DNA of 50,300 nt, taken from positions 1 through 50,300 of the forward strand of contig JBBINL010000001.1 of assembly GCA_037443905.1 (NCBI GenBank), given 5' to 3'. The translations under genes were made by a program, and so were the position numbers. Origin of the DNA: Burkholderiales bacterium (GTDB lineage: Bacteria; Pseudomonadota; Gammaproteobacteria; Burkholderiales; Burkholderiaceae_C). The notes under the pieces are model-generated. The model did no database searches. It had not been told where the DNA came from and was given only the letters and a program-made list of their open reading frames with translations. Each line of letters opens with the position of its first letter. The stretch's first letter is position 1. This document shows positions 1 to 11,185 of this stretch, in pieces.

Positions 1-2128
1 TGGTGTGCACGTTGCCGTCACCGGCGTGCATGTGCAGCGCCACCCAGACGCGGCCTTTGAGCACACGCTGGTGAATCGCGTTGCATTCCTTCAGGATCGG
101 CTCGAATGCCACCCCGCTGAAAATTTGCTGCAGCTGCTTGCGGATTTGCGTCTTCCAGCTGGCCCGCAGGGAATGGTCCTGTAGCCGGGGGAACAGCGAC
201 TCCACGTCGTGCAGCCAGCCAGACCACAAGGTTCGCACATCGGCAATCAGCGCCAGCGCCTGCGCCACGCGGTCTTCGAGCAGTTCTTCGGCGCTGATCT
301 CGCTGGCATCATCCTGACGGCCCACGGGCAAATGGCCCTGGCTGAAAAAATCCGTCAGCGCGTCGCACAGCGCCAGCTTGTTGCGCAGGCTCAACTCGAT
401 GTTGATGCGCTCGATGCCGTCGGTGTACTCGGCCATGCGCGGCAACGGAATCACCACGTCCTCATTGATCTTGAAGGCGTTGGTGTGGCGACTGATGGCC
501 GCCGTGCGCTTGCGGTCGAGCCAGAATTTTTTGCGCGCCTCGGGGCTGATGGCAACAAAGCCCTCGCCGCTGCGCGAATTGGCCAACCGCACCACCTCGC
601 TGGTGACACGCGCCACCGCGTCGGCATCGTTGCCGGCAATGTCACCGAACAGCACCATCTTTGGCACGCCACCCGCATTCATGGCCGCGCCGCGTTTGCT
701 CTTGGTGGTGTAACCCACGGCTTTCAAATATCGGTCGTCCAGGTGCTCCAGACCGGCCAGCACCACGCCCGAGCGCTTTTGCTCGGCAAACATGAAGTCC
801 TTGATCTCGACAATGCTCGGCACGGCGTCCTTGGCGTTGCCAAAAAACTCCAGGCAGACGGTGCGAGTGTGTGCCGGCATCTTGTGCACCACCCAGCGCG
901 CGCTGGTGATCAGGCCGTCGCAGCCTTCTTTCTGGATACCGGGCAGGCCGCTGAGAAACTTGTCGGTCACGTCTTTGCCCAGGCCCTCCTTGCGGAAAGT
1001 CTTGCCAGGAATATCCAGTTGCTGTTTGCGAATCGGTGTTTTGCCATCGGCCTTGAAATACGCCAACTCGAAGCTGGCCACATCCACATCATGAATCTTG
1101 CCCAGGTTGTGGTTCAGCCGCGTCACCTCCAGCCACTCGGCCTGAGGTGTCACCATTCGCCAGCTCGCCAGGTTGTCCAGCGAGGTGCCCCACAGCACCG
1201 CTTTTTTGCCGCCGGCGTTCATGGCAATGTTGCCGCCAACGCACGAGGCGTCGGCCGAAGTCGGGTCCACCGCAAAAACAAAGCCGGCACGCTCGGCAGC
1301 CTGTGCCACACGGTTGGTCACCACGCCGGCCTCGGTCCAGATCGTGGCGACATCGTGGTCAAGCCCGGGCAAGCGGCGCATTTCGACCTCGGTCATGGCC
1401 TCCAGTTTTTCGGTATTGATGACCACGCTTTTCCAGGTCAGCGGAATCGCACCGCCGGTGTAGCCGGTACCACCGCCGCGCGGAATGATCGTCAGCCCCA
1501 GCTCGATGCAGCCCTTGACCAGGTGCGCCATCTCGGCCTCTGAGTCGGGCGTCAGCACCACAAACGGGTATTCCACACGCCAGTCGGTCGCGTCGGTGAC
1601 GTGGCTGACGCGGCTCAGTCCATCAAACTTGATGTTGTCCCTGGCCGTCAACCTGGCCAGCACTTTTTGCGCCTGTCGGCGCAAAAAGGCGGTTTCGACA
1701 AAATGGGCATCGAAGGCTTGCACGGCCTGGTTCGCCGCGTCAAGCAGATGACCCACCAGCGTATCGCGCTCCGGGTCATCGCCAGGCTTGCGGCGCTTTT
1801 CAATTTCTCCCAGACGGTGACGAAGCGCCTGCACCAGCAAGATGCGGCGCTTCGGGTTGTCAAGCAGGTCGTCCTGCAAATAGGGGTTGCGCTGCACCAC
1901 CCAGATGTCACCCAGCACTTCATAGAGCATGCGCGCCGAGCGACCGGTGCGCCGTTCATCGCGCAGTCTGTTCAACCAGTCCCACGCCTCTGAACCGAGC
2001 AGGCGAATGACAATTTCTCGGTCAGAAAAAGAGGTGTAGTTGTACGGAATTTCGCGGATGCGTTCTTGTCCGATCGGCGCCATGGCACCATCGGGCAACA
2101 AAGTCTTGAGCTGGGTGGGAGCGTTCAT
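1..2128 (-). CDS. FAD-linked oxidase / Fe-S oxidoreductase (DUF3683 family, GlcD/D-lactate dehydrogenase-like); 3' part runs off the window
   Basis: Absent from the ORF track, presumably because there is no stop in the window. Manual translation of sampled segments from ATG 2128, all in one frame: [38 protein letters not shown] (FAD-binding), [25 protein letters not shown], and [13 protein letters not shown] at the window edge. Confidence 0.9.
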   Translation of the reverse strand, partial: MNAPTQLKTLLPDGAMAPIGQERIREIPYNYTSFSDREIVIRLLGSEAWDWLNRLRDERRTGRSARMLYEVLGDIWVVQRNPYLQDDLLDNPKRRILLVQALRHRLGEIEKRRKPGDDPERDTLVGHLLDAANQAVQAFDAHFVETAFLRRQAQKVLARLTARDNIKFDGLSRVSHVTDATDWRVEYPFVVLTPDSEAEMAHLVKGCIELGLTIIPRGGGTGYTGGAIPLTWKSVVINTEKLEAMTEVEMRRLPGLDHDVATIWTEAGVVTNRVAQAAERAGFVFAVDPTSADASCVGGNIAMNAGGKKAVLWGTSLDNLASWRMVTPQAEWLEVTRLNHNLGKIHDVDVASFELAYFKADGKTPIRKQQLDIPGKTFRKEGLGKDVTDKFLSGLPGIQKEGCDGLITSARWVVHKMPAHTRTVCLEFFGNAKDAVPSIVEIKDFMFAEQKRSGVVLAGLEHLDDRYLKAVGYTTKSKRGAAMNAGGVPKMVLFGDIAGNDADAVARVTSEVVRLANSRSGEGFVAISPEARKKFWLDRKRTAAISRHTNAFKINEDVVIPLPRMAEYTDGIERINIELSLRNKLALCDALTDFFSQGHLPVGRQDDASEISAEELLEDRVAQALALIADVRTLWSGWLHDVESLFPRLQDHSLRASWKTQIRKQLQQIFSGVAFEPILKECNAIHQRVLKGRVWVALHMHAGDGNVHT

Positions 2129-2524
2129 CAAAGTGTGTGGTAACAACCATCGCAGGCGTTGTTGCCCTGTTACAGGCTGGCCCAAGCTGGGCAGGCGATG
2201 TTACCGCAGCGCAGCATTGCCCTGTTCGGGTCATGGAAACTGTTCACCATGCACCCGATTCTTGTCGTGACAGCAAGGCAAACGGGCACGTCCATGGCCA
2301 TGCCTCAATCCCCTGTTCAACATTGTGGTGCCATCTCCAACATCTGTTTTTACAAGCTGACAATCGTCCAGGATCTGAAAAAAGCTGTGGGCGTCGTTGT
2401 TGTCGAGAATACTGCGCGGGTTCATGCCGAGCGCCCGGGGCGCGACTCTCATGAAGGAATTTGACGTAAAGTGCCTGCCTGTGCGCGCATGGCAATAGCA
2501 GGCTTTTTTTGGCAGGAATCCACT

Positions 2525-3310
2525 ATGCATACCGCAAAATCCATCGAATTACACGGCCGAGCCATTGCTGGCGGCAAGATTGCGCTGATCTGCGTCCCGC
2601 TGGTGGGTCGCACGCTGGACAAACTCATGACGGAGCTGGCCGTGGTGCTGCCCAAACAGCCCGACGTGCTCGAATGGCGCGTTGATCATTTTGAAGCCAT
2701 CGGCGACACCGCCGCCGTCATTGCCGCAGCCAGGGCGATCAAGCAAGCCGCCGGCGGCATCCCGGTGCTGTTCACCCGCCGCTCCACCCTCGAAGGCGGT
2801 GAATAAATTGGCCTCACCGAAGCACAGGTGTTGGCCATGTATGCGGCGGTGCGCGAGAGCAAAAGCATCGACCTGATCGACTACGAAATGGCCAACGATG
2901 CGACCGACATTGCCCGGGTGCGGGCCGTGGCAAAAGCCAACGACGTCAAGTTGGTGCTGTCTTTTCACAACTTCTCATGCACACCTGGACTTGAAACACT
3001 GGCAGCCAGGTTTCAGCGCGCCGAGCAGTTGGGCGCTGATGTGGCCAAAGTGGCCGTCATGCCGCGCGACCTGGACGATGTGCTGACGTTGCTCAGTGCC
3101 ACGCGGCAAGCCAGCCAGCAGCTTCGCATCCCGCTGATTTCCATGTCGATGGGTCCTCCTTATGGTGCCATGACCCGCCTGTTGGGCTGGGTCTTCGGTT
3201 CAAGCCTGACTTTCGCCGTCGGCGCAAACAGTTCGGCGCCAGGTCAGGTGCCGATTGAAGACATGAAAACGGTGCTGGCGATCTTGCAGAAATCAATCGG
3301 CAGCCAGTAA
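2525..3310 (+). pseudogene. aroD: Type I 3-dehydroquinate dehydratase interrupted by an in-frame TAA at 2804-2806
   Basis: ORFs 2471..2806 and 2828..3310 share a frame: ..ICVPLVG..DVLEWRVDHF..VLFTRRSTLEGGE*IGLTEAQV..DLIDYEM..LSFHNF..GADVAKVAVMP..ISMSMG..SAPGQV. SD-like CAGGA precedes ATG 2525. Confidence 0.88.
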
Positions 3311-3351
3311 GTTTGCAGGGTCATGCTTGGGGCTCTGTCGTGGCGACAGGC

Positions 3352-3804
3352 TCACTTCACCACCAGCACCGGCACCGTGGACAATTTCACCACCTTGGTG
3401 GTGACCGAGCCCAGGAGCATGCCCACCACACTGCCAAAGCCGTGGGCGCCCATGATGATCTGGCGGCAGCTTTTATCCTTGGCAAAGTCGACAATGGTCT
3501 GGGCTGCGCCTCCCATCAGGATGCGGGATGAATACGCCAGTCCAGCCGCGTCGAGTTTTTGCCTGGCCTGCGCCAGCGCCGCTTCACCCGCCTCGCGGTG
3601 GTAGTCGGCAACGACTTTGTCGTCGATAAAGCGGGTGATGTCGGTTGACAGCGGTGCCTGCACATTGACCAGAATGAGTTCTGGCCGGGTGACCCGACTG
3701 GTGGCCTCGGAGATCACGAAGTCAATGATCTTGAGTGATGGCGCCGAGCCGTCGATGGCGATCAGCCAGGAAGTTTTCGTTGCAGTGTTCGTTGCAGTGT
3801 TCAT
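3352..3804 (-). CDS. Universal stress protein (UspA family)
   Basis: LIAIDGS at the N-terminus; IIMGAHGFGSVVGMLLGSVTTKVVKLSTVPVLVVK at the C-terminus. Start moved to ATG 3804 (GAGG upstream). Confidence 0.92.
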   Translation of the reverse strand: MNTATNTATKTSWLIAIDGSAPSLKIIDFVISEATSRVTRPELILVNVQAPLSTDITRFIDDKVVADYHREAGEAALAQARQKLDAAGLAYSSRILMGGAAQTIVDFAKDKSCRQIIMGAHGFGSVVGMLLGSVTTKVVKLSTVPVLVVK

Positions 3805-3815
3805 CGCAGTGCGCC

Positions 3816-4544
3816 TCAGGGTTTGGGGATGACGGGTTCGGCAGGCTGTTTCAGAGACTTCTTGAGTTGATGGCGGCGGCCCAGCCATTTGCCCACGATC
3901 ACCACCAGCAGCGCTCCTGTGCCTGAGAGGACGAAATTGGGGTACGGGATGCTCGTCCTGACCGATGGCGGCAAGGCCGGGTCGGTGAGCAGCATGCCGC
4001 CGGCGATCCAGCCCAGCAGCGCAGCACCGAGTGTAATCACCAGGGGGAAGCGGTCCATCATCGCCAGCACCAGCTTGCTGCCCCAGACCACGATCGGAAT
4101 CGACACCAGAATACCCACGGTGACCAGCACCATGGAGCCGTGCGAGGCACCCGCCACGGCAATGACGTTGTCCAGGCTCATGACGGCATCGGCGACCACG
4201 ATGGTCTTGATGGCGGCCATCAGGGTGGTGCCACCGTCAATGGCGACATGGCCGTCATTTTCGTGCTCGGGCAGCAGCAGTTTGATGCCGATCCACAGCA
4301 AAAGCAGCGCGCCGACGATTTTCAGGTAGGGAAGGGCCAGCAGTTGCAATGCAAAAAAAATCATCACCACGCGCAGTCCGATGGCGCCGAACACCCCCCA
4401 GAAGATGCCTTTGTTGCGCTGCCCGGGCGGCAGCTTGCGGCAGGCCAGGGCAATGACCACGGCATTGTCGCCACCAAGCATGATGTCGATGGCGATGATC
4501 TGCAGCACGGCGATCCAGAACAGGGAGTTGGAGATGTCAGGCAT
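3816..4544 (-). CDS. TerC family integral membrane protein (YjbE-like)
   Basis: QIIAIDIMLGGDNAVVIALAC and IVVADAVMSLDNVIAVAGA signature motifs; start at ATG 4544. Confidence 0.93.
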   Translation of the reverse strand: MPDISNSLFWIAVLQIIAIDIMLGGDNAVVIALACRKLPPGQRNKGIFWGVFGAIGLRVVMIFFALQLLALPYLKIVGALLLLWIGIKLLLPEHENDGHVAIDGGTTLMAAIKTIVVADAVMSLDNVIAVAGASHGSMVLVTVGILVSIPIVVWGSKLVLAMMDRFPLVITLGAALLGWIAGGMLLTDPALPPSVRTSIPYPNFVLSGTGALLVVIVGKWLGRRHQLKKSLKQPAEPVIPKP

Positions 4545-4620
4545 GTTGGAAGGGTTAAAAAACGCACCCCGGAGTCTATGCCTGATTGACCGTAGCAGCA
4601 TCAGGACGAATTGCAGAGGC

Positions 4621-4650
4621 AAAAACCCCGACAAATGAAGCCTGGGAAAA
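4621..4650 (-). terminator. Possible intrinsic terminator after tRNA-Ile2
   Basis: Minus strand reads CCCAGGC-TTCATTT-GTCGGGG-TTTTT just 3' of the tRNA; the stem is imperfect. Confidence 0.45.
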
Positions 4651-4653
4651 TCG

Positions 4654-4732
4654 TGGTGGGCCCCCCGTGAGTCGAACACGGCACCAATGGATTATGAGTC
4701 CACTGCTCTAACCAGGCATGAGCTAGGGGCCC
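4654..4732 (-). tRNA. tRNA with CAT anticodon, most likely tRNA-Ile2 (lysidine type)
   Basis: GGGCCCCTAGCTCATGCCTGGTTAGAGCAGTGGACTCATAATCCATTGGTGCCGTGTTCGACTCACGGGGGGCCCACCA folds as a cloverleaf with encoded CCA; resembles ileX-type rather than Met tRNAs. Confidence 0.93.
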
Positions 4733-4767
4733 GACCGAGCTGTGGATTGTAAGGGCCGGCAGGGGTG

Positions 4768-5772
4768 TTATTTGTGGTGGCTCAGCGCGTTGCTGACCAG
4801 TTTGGACGTGATATCCACAATCTGGATCATGCGGTCATAGGGCATGCGGGTCGGTCCGACCACGCCCAGCGTGCCCACCACCTGACCGTCCACCTCGTAG
4901 GGCGCACTGACAATCGAGAGGTCTTCAAACGGCACCACCTGACTTTCACCACCGATGAAAATGCGCACGCCCTCGGCCTGGCCGGTGACATCGAGCAGGC
5001 GCATCAACTGGGCTTTTTGTTCAAACAGGTCAAAGGCACGGCGCAGATGGCTCATGTCTTTGGAAAAATCACTGACCGACAGCAGGTTTTTCTCGCCAGA
5101 AATGATCACCTCGTCCTGTGCCTCGGTCAAGGCCTCGGTGTTGGCTGCCACAGCCGCGTTCATCAGGCCGGCAATTTCTGCCCGCAAGCAGTCCACTTCA
5201 TGCTTGAGACGCTCACGCACCTGCTCCAAGGCCAGGCCGACGAAATGGGTGTTGAGGTAATTGGCCGCCTCCACCAGCTGCGCCTGCGTGTAGTCCGCTT
5301 CAGTAAAGATCACCCGGTTTTGCACATCGCCTTCGGGTGACACGAGGATGACCAGCAAACGGCGTTCTGACAGCCTCAGGAACTCGATATGCCTGAACAC
5401 CGAGGTGCGCTTGGGCGCAATGACGACACCGACGAACTGCGACAGACTCGACAGCAGGTTGGCCGCGTTGGAAATCACTTTTTGCGGCTGGTCATGCGCC
5501 AGACTGGGCGTGCCGATCTGGCCGCGCTGCACCGTCAGCATGGTGTCGACAAACAGACGATAGCCGCGCGCCGTGGGAACGCGCCCGGCCGAGGTGTGGG
5601 GGCTGGCGATCAGACCCAGTTCTTCCAGGTCGGACATCACATTGCGGATGGTGGCCGGCGACAAATCCAGGCCGGAGGCGCGCGACAACGTGCGCGAACC
5701 CACCGGCTGGCCGTCGGCAATGTAGCGTTCCACCAGCGCTTTGAGCAATAACTTGGCACGATCATCAAGCAT
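4768..5772 (-). CDS. hrcA: Heat-inducible transcription repressor HrcA
   Basis: [51 protein letters not shown]. Confidence 0.98.
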   Translation of the reverse strand: MLDDRAKLLLKALVERYIADGQPVGSRTLSRASGLDLSPATIRNVMSDLEELGLIASPHTSAGRVPTARGYRLFVDTMLTVQRGQIGTPSLAHDQPQKVISNAANLLSSLSQFVGVVIAPKRTSVFRHIEFLRLSERRLLVILVSPEGDVQNRVIFTEADYTQAQLVEAANYLNTHFVGLALEQVRERLKHEVDCLRAEIAGLMNAAVAANTEALTEAQDEVIISGEKNLLSVSDFSKDMSHLRRAFDLFEQKAQLMRLLDVTGQAEGVRIFIGGESQVVPFEDLSIVSAPYEVDGQVVGTLGVVGPTRMPYDRMIQIVDITSKLVSNALSHHK

Positions 5773-5800
5773 GATTTCATTTTAGTGATGTAATTTGCAA

Positions 5801-6703
5801 ATGAAGTCCAAATTCCAGCATGTTGCCCTGATCGGCAAATACCAGATGACCACTTCCAGCACCAGCGGCGCCAACTCGCGCGCGGCCTTGCTGGCTGTGG
5901 CCCATTTCCTGGACGACCAGGGCTGCGATGTATCGCTCGAAATGGACACCGCGCTCAACATGGGCCTGACCGACTACCCAGCCCTGAGCGTGGCACAGAT
6001 CGGAAACAAATGTGATTTGGGCATGGTCGTCGGGGGCGACGGCACCATGCTCGGCATTGGCCGCCAGATGGCGCCTTACGGCGTGCCGCTGATCGGTATC
6101 AACCAGGGGCGCCTGGGCTTCATCACCGATGTGCCTTATGACAGCTTTGCCACCAGTCTGAAGCCCATGCTGCGAGGCGCCTACGAGGAAGACCACCGCA
6201 GCCTGATCAACGCCCGGGTGCTGCGTGACGGCCTTTGCGTTTACGAGGCCACGGCCATGAACGATGTGGTGGTCAACCGCGGCGCCGCGTCGGGCATGGT
6301 GGAACTTCATGTGGAGGTGGATGGCCATTTTGTGGCCAACCAGCGCGCCGATGGCCTGATCATTGCCACACCCACCGGCTCCACCGCCTATGCGCTGTCT
6401 TCGGGAGGACCGCTGATCCACCCGTCGATACCGGGCTGGGTGATGGTGCCGATCGCGCCGCACACCCTGTCCAACCGGCCCATCGTGCTGGCCAACAGCA
6501 CCAAAATCGCCATCGAGATCGTCTCTGGCCGCGATGCCAGTGCCAGTTTTGACACGCAGTCGCTGGCCTCGCTGATGCACGGCGACCGCATTGAAGTCAC
6601 GCGCTCCAGACACCATGTGCGCTTTCTGCACCCGCAGGGCTGGTCTTACTTTGACACGCTGCGGGAAAAACTGCACTGGAACGAAGGAGTGACAGCAACA
6701 TGA
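5801..6703 (+). CDS. nadK: NAD kinase
   Basis: [42 protein letters not shown]. Confidence 0.97.
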   Translation: MKSKFQHVALIGKYQMTTSSTSGANSRAALLAVAHFLDDQGCDVSLEMDTALNMGLTDYPALSVAQIGNKCDLGMVVGGDGTMLGIGRQMAPYGVPLIGINQGRLGFITDVPYDSFATSLKPMLRGAYEEDHRSLINARVLRDGLCVYEATAMNDVVVNRGAASGMVELHVEVDGHFVANQRADGLIIATPTGSTAYALSSGGPLIHPSIPGWVMVPIAPHTLSNRPIVLANSTKIAIEIVSGRDASASFDTQSLASLMHGDRIEVTRSRHHVRFLHPQGWSYFDTLREKLHWNEGVTAT

Positions 6704-8352
6704 GCCTGAAACGCCTGGTGCTGCGCGATTTTGTCATCGTCAGCGAACTCGACCTTGATTTTGACAACCGCTTCACCGTGTTGACGGGCGAGACCGGCGC
6801 CGGCAAATCGATCTTGATCGACGCACTGCAACTGGCCACCGGCGGTCGCGCAGATGTCAACCTGATCCGCGAGGGCGCCAGCCGCTGCGAGGTCAGCGCC
6901 GAATTTGACAGCACCCCCGGCGTGACGCAGTGGCTCGAAGAAGCAGGATTCGAATCGGACACCACGCTGCTGCTGCGCCGCACGCTCGACACCCAGGGCA
7001 AGAGCCGGGGCTGGATCAATGGCAGCCCGGCCACTGTCACGCAACTGCGCCAGCTCGGCGAGCAATTGCTCGACATCCACGGTCAGCACGCCTGGCAAAG
7101 CCTGACACGCCCTGACGCGATGCGCAGCCTGCTTGATGCCTATGCCCGGGTGTCAAGTGCGGCGGTGGCAGAAAAATGGCACCTTTGGCGCGCGGCGCAA
7201 AACCAGTTGACGCAGGCGCGCGCCGCGCAGGATTCACTGTTGCGCGAGCGCGAGCGCCTGAGCTGGCAGATTGGCGAGCTTGACAAACTGTCCCCCGCTG
7301 CCGACGAGTGGCAGGCGCTCAACACCGAGCACACGCGGCTGGCCAACGGACAAGCCTTGCTCGATGCCGCCCAGGCCGCCGCCCTGACCCTGGATGAAGA
7401 CGAGGGCAACGCGATCAGTCGCCTGAGCCAGGCCTGCCAGGTGCTGCAACAACAGGAACACCTGGAACCCCGGTTCAGCGAGATCACCGAGGTGCTGGCA
7501 TCCAGCCTGGCACAAGTGCAGGACAGCGCACATGCGCTGCGCAGTTACCTGCGCAAGACCGAACTCGACCCGCAACGGCTGGCCGTGCTCGATGAACGCA
7601 TGGGGCTGTGGCTGTCGTTGGCGCGGCGCTACAAGCGCAGCCCGCACGAACTGCCGCAATTGCTGGCCGGCTGGCGCCAGGAATTGACGCGGCTTGAGGC
7701 CAGTGCCGACATCCAGGGTCTTGAAAACGCGCTGGAGGCGGCATGGCAAGGCTATCTGCAGGAAGCCAGGGCGCTGACGCGCGCGCGCACCCGCAGTGCC
7801 CCCAGACTGGCGCAAGCCATCACCCGCGCCATGCAGGGCCTGGGCATGCAGGGCGGTTTGTTCGAGGTTCTTTTGCAGACCTCCGGGCAGGCGCTGCAAA
7901 GCGGACTCGAAGAGGTGAGCTTTCTGGTGGCGGGCCATGCCGGCAGCACGCCGCGCCCGGTCAACAAGGTGGCCTCAGGCGGCGAGCTGTCGCGCATAGC
8001 GCTGGCCATTGCGGTCACTACCAGCCAGCTGGGCACCGCCCAGACACTGATTTTTGACGAGGTGGATGCCGGCGTGGGCGGGGCGGTGGCCGAAACCGTT
8101 GGCCTGCTCATGAAACAGCTCGGCCAGGATCGCCAGGTGCTGGCCGTCACGCATTTGCCGCAGGTGGCGGCTTGCGCCGACCATCATCTGGTGGTGCGCA
8201 AGCAGCTGGCCGATGGCGTCACCCTGAGCACGGTCAGTGCCGCGGAAAACGAGGCACGGGTGGCCGAACTGGCGCGCATGCTTGGCGGTGAGCGCCTGCT
8301 CGGCAGCACCATGGCGCATGCACGCCAACTGCTGCAAATTCAAACTCCCTGA
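6700..8352 (+). CDS. recN: DNA repair protein RecN
   Basis: Walker [16 protein letters not shown], coiled coil, [25 protein letters not shown]. Confidence 0.98.
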   Translation: MSLKRLVLRDFVIVSELDLDFDNRFTVLTGETGAGKSILIDALQLATGGRADVNLIREGASRCEVSAEFDSTPGVTQWLEEAGFESDTTLLLRRTLDTQGKSRGWINGSPATVTQLRQLGEQLLDIHGQHAWQSLTRPDAMRSLLDAYARVSSAAVAEKWHLWRAAQNQLTQARAAQDSLLRERERLSWQIGELDKLSPAADEWQALNTEHTRLANGQALLDAAQAAALTLDEDEGNAISRLSQACQVLQQQEHLEPRFSEITEVLASSLAQVQDSAHALRSYLRKTELDPQRLAVLDERMGLWLSLARRYKRSPHELPQLLAGWRQELTRLEASADIQGLENALEAAWQGYLQEARALTRARTRSAPRLAQAITRAMQGLGMQGGLFEVLLQTSGQALQSGLEEVSFLVAGHAGSTPRPVNKVASGGELSRIALAIAVTTSQLGTAQTLIFDEVDAGVGGAVAETVGLLMKQLGQDRQVLAVTHLPQVAACADHHLVVRKQLADGVTLSTVSAAENEARVAELARMLGGERLLGSTMAHARQLLQIQTP

Positions 8353-8358
8353 ACCCAA

Positions 8359-9249
8359 ATGGCACTTCCCTCCCCCAAATTGCACCTGGTGTTGATCACG
8401 GGCATGTCCGGCTCGGGCAAGTCGGTGGCCCTCAATGCGCTGGAAGATCTGGGCTTTTATTGCATAGACAACCTGCCGCCCGAACTGCTGCTGCCGCTGA
8501 TCCGGCTGGAGCGCAGCAACCGCGACGGCCAATTGGCCATTGCCATGGATGTACGCAGTGCCGGCTCACTGCCACTGGTTCCAAGCCAGCTGGCGCAGCT
8601 CAAAGACCAGGGTGTGCAGGTGGACGCCATTTTTCTGGACGCCAGCGCCGACACGCTGATGCGACGCTTTTCCGAAACACGTCGACGCCACCCCCTGTCC
8701 AAAACCGACGCGCCGGATCATGGCCATGACCAGCACCGGGCACTGGCCGAAGCCATCGAGCTGGAACGTGAACTGCTCAGTGAATTGCGCGCTGATTCCC
8801 ATGTGATCGACACCAGCATCATTCGTCCGACGCAATTGCAGGCTTACGTCAAGTCCTTCATCAATGCGCCCGATGATCAGCTGACGCTGGTGTTCGAGTC
8901 GTTTGCTTTCAAACGCGGCGTCCCCAACGATGCCGACTTTGTTTTTGATGTGCGCATGCTGCCCAATCCACACTACGAACCCGGGCTGCGCGAGCTCACC
9001 GGCTGCGACGCGCCGGTGATCGAGTTCTTGCAACAGCAAGCCGATGTGCAAGCCATGCTGGCGCAGATCCTGGACTTTCTGGACCACTGGCTGCCAGCCA
9101 TGGTGCGCAATCACCGCAGTTATGTGACCGTGGCCATTGGCTGCACCGGCGGCCAGCACCGCTCGGTCTATCTGGTGGAGCAATTGAATGCCCGCCTGGA
9201 GCAGCGCTGGAGCACGCTCAAGAGGCATCGGGAAATGCTTGCGCGCTAA
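8359..9249 (+). CDS. rapZ: RNase adapter protein RapZ
   Basis: [50 protein letters not shown]. Confidence 0.97.
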   Translation: MALPSPKLHLVLITGMSGSGKSVALNALEDLGFYCIDNLPPELLLPLIRLERSNRDGQLAIAMDVRSAGSLPLVPSQLAQLKDQGVQVDAIFLDASADTLMRRFSETRRRHPLSKTDAPDHGHDQHRALAEAIELERELLSELRADSHVIDTSIIRPTQLQAYVKSFINAPDDQLTLVFESFAFKRGVPNDADFVFDVRMLPNPHYEPGLRELTGCDAPVIEFLQQQADVQAMLAQILDFLDHWLPAMVRNHRSYVTVAIGCTGGQHRSVYLVEQLNARLEQRWSTLKRHREMLAR

Positions 9250-10307
9250 AACTGCTTGATCAATCCATGACGCGCAACGCCAGACAGCAATTTCTTGATG
9301 GGCGCCGGCAAGCCGATTTGCGCCAGTTTCGCTGCATCAACCCATTGCCCCTCAAGCGCCAGCGTTGTCCGGTGCGGCAGACACAGCAGCACCGGGTGCA
9401 GATGCAGGTCCTTGTGCGTCAGCACATGCCTGAATGCAGGCAAGTCCCGCAACTCCGGCTGGACTGGTTGAGCCACCACGGCTTGCAGGGCCTGCCGGTC
9501 ATCGAACAAGGGCAGGCAATACAAGCCCGCCCAGACACCGGGCACGGGCCGACGGCTCAACCAGACCGCACCATCGTCGGCCAGTGCACAAAGCAGCCAG
9601 ATCGACTCGGCACTGCGTTTGAGTTTGCGCGTTTTGACCGGGAACCTGTCTGCTGAACCCAAGGCGCGGGCGACACAACGGCTTGCCAGCGGGCAAACCG
9701 CGCAAGCCGGGTTTTTGCGGGTGCACAGCGTCGCGCCCAGGTCCATCATGCCCTGGGTGTAGCGCGCCATGTTGCGCTGCAGATCGTCTTGCGGCAACAG
9801 TGCTGTCGCCAGTTCCCACAAGCGGCGCTCGTGCACCGTCTGCGCCAGATCATCGGCAAAACCCAGATAGCGGGTCAACACCCTTTTGACATTGCCATCC
9901 AGAATGGCCACCCGCTCACCAAAGCACAGGGCGGCAATGGCCGCCGCGGTGGAGCGGCCGATGCCTGGCAGGGTCTGCAAGCCCTGCGCGGTCTGCGGTA
10001 ACACACCGCCATGCAGGCTCACCACGTCCTGCGCGCAGCGGTGCAGGTTGCGCGCGCGACTGTAGTAGCCCAGGCCGGCCCACTGGTGCAACACCTCGTC
10101 CTGCGACGCTTGCGCCAACGCCATCACATTTGGAAAGTGCGCCAGAAAGCGGACAAAGTAGTCTTGCACCGTGACCACCTGCGTTTGCTGCAGCATGATC
10201 TCGGAGAGCCAGACGCGGTAGGGGTCGCGGGTGGCTTGCCAGGGCAAATCGTGGCGCCCGAAAAGCGCTTGCCAGCGCACCACCTGCGATGCCAGAAAGC
10301 CGTCCAT
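9246..10307 (-). CDS. mutY: A/G-specific adenine glycosylase MutY
   Basis: [26 protein letters not shown], Hh[10 protein letters not shown], Fe-S motif [17 protein letters not shown]. Confidence 0.97.
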   Translation of the reverse strand: MDGFLASQVVRWQALFGRHDLPWQATRDPYRVWLSEIMLQQTQVVTVQDYFVRFLAHFPNVMALAQASQDEVLHQWAGLGYYSRARNLHRCAQDVVSLHGGVLPQTAQGLQTLPGIGRSTAAAIAALCFGERVAILDGNVKRVLTRYLGFADDLAQTVHERRLWELATALLPQDDLQRNMARYTQGMMDLGATLCTRKNPACAVCPLASRCVARALGSADRFPVKTRKLKRSAESIWLLCALADDGAVWLSRRPVPGVWAGLYCLPLFDDRQALQAVVAQPVQPELRDLPAFRHVLTHKDLHLHPVLLCLPHRTTLALEGQWVDAAKLAQIGLPAPIKKLLSGVARHGLIKQF

Positions 10308-10331
10308 CAGCAAAGCCTCACGACAATGATC

Positions 10332-11147
10332 TCATGGCTTTTGACAGGTGGCGCAGTAAAAAGTGGAACGCTGACCCTGCCTGAGCAGACGAACCGGGCT
10401 GGCGCAAATGTGGCAGGGCAGACCGGCGCGGCCATAGACCTTGGTCTGCAACTGGAAATAGCCCGCCTGGCCGCTGGCACTGGAGAAATCGCGCAGTGTG
10501 CTGCCGCCCAGCGCCACGGCCTGACCCAGCACCTGCACGATGGCGGCATGCAGACGGGCAACTCTGGGCCGGCTCAGCCTGGCGGCGCGCACGGTGGGTC
10601 GAATACCGGCCAGAAACAACGCCTCGCATGCATAAATATTGCCCACGCCCACCACCGCTTCGCCCGCCAGCAGCACCGATTTGATGGCGCTCTGGTGGCG
10701 CTTGAGCTGCGCCTGGAACTGTGCCAGATCGAAGGCTTCAGACAAGGGCTCCGGCCCCAGGCGGCCCAGCAGCTTGCGCGCTACCGGGTCGCTCAGGCTG
10801 TCAACATGAACCACGGCGCCGAAGCGGCGCGGGTCGTGCAGACGCAGTGTGCCTTGCGAGGTGATCAGGTCAAAATGGTCATGCACGCCCGCAGCGGGCA
10901 GGGTCGGGGCAAAACGCAAACTGCCCGACATGCCCAGATGCAGCAGCACCAGGCCGCGATCGAGCTCAAGCAACAGGTACTTGCCGCGCCGCGCCACCGC
11001 CAGCACCCTTCGGTTGACCAATGATTCGGGTGCACAGCCCAGCGGCCAGCGCAGGGGTTTGCCCAGTCGCACCCCCAGCACAACGGCATTTTCAATGGCA
11101 TCGGCAAAACTGCGCCGGGTGACTTCAACTTCGGGTAATTCAGGCAT
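10332..11147 (-). CDS. mutM: Formamidopyrimidine-DNA glycosylase
   Basis: MPELPEVE N-terminus, [25 protein letters not shown]-terminal zinc finger. Confidence 0.98.
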   Translation of the reverse strand: MPELPEVEVTRRSFADAIENAVVLGVRLGKPLRWPLGCAPESLVNRRVLAVARRGKYLLLELDRGLVLLHLGMSGSLRFAPTLPAAGVHDHFDLITSQGTLRLHDPRRFGAVVHVDSLSDPVARKLLGRLGPEPLSEAFDLAQFQAQLKRHQSAIKSVLLAGEAVVGVGNIYACEALFLAGIRPTVRAARLSRPRVARLHAAIVQVLGQAVALGGSTLRDFSSASGQAGYFQLQTKVYGRAGLPCHICASPVRLLRQGQRSTFYCATCQKP

Positions 11148-11185
11148 GATCTTCTGATCTGGCAGACATGAATTATTATGACCAC

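Noticed and set aside
209-1993. Long plus-strand ORFs (444 aa and 130 aa), and similar antisense ORFs over secA, argJ, nadK, ftsY, fpr and others
   Set aside because: The two named ORFs share the codon register of the real opposite-strand gene, and none shows family motifs; typical high-GC antisense shadows.
2804-2806. Recoding (Sec/Pyl) of the aroD stop
   Set aside because: The codon is TAA, not TGA or TAG, and the position is not a catalytic Cys.
3779-3802. 12-bp tandem repeat GTTGCAGTGTTC x2
   Set aside because: Only encodes NTAT-NTAT in the USP N-terminal tail; two copies without spacers, so not CRISPR-like.
5773-5800. CIRCE operator upstream of hrcA
   Set aside because: No TTAGCACTC-N9-GAGTGCTAA is present.
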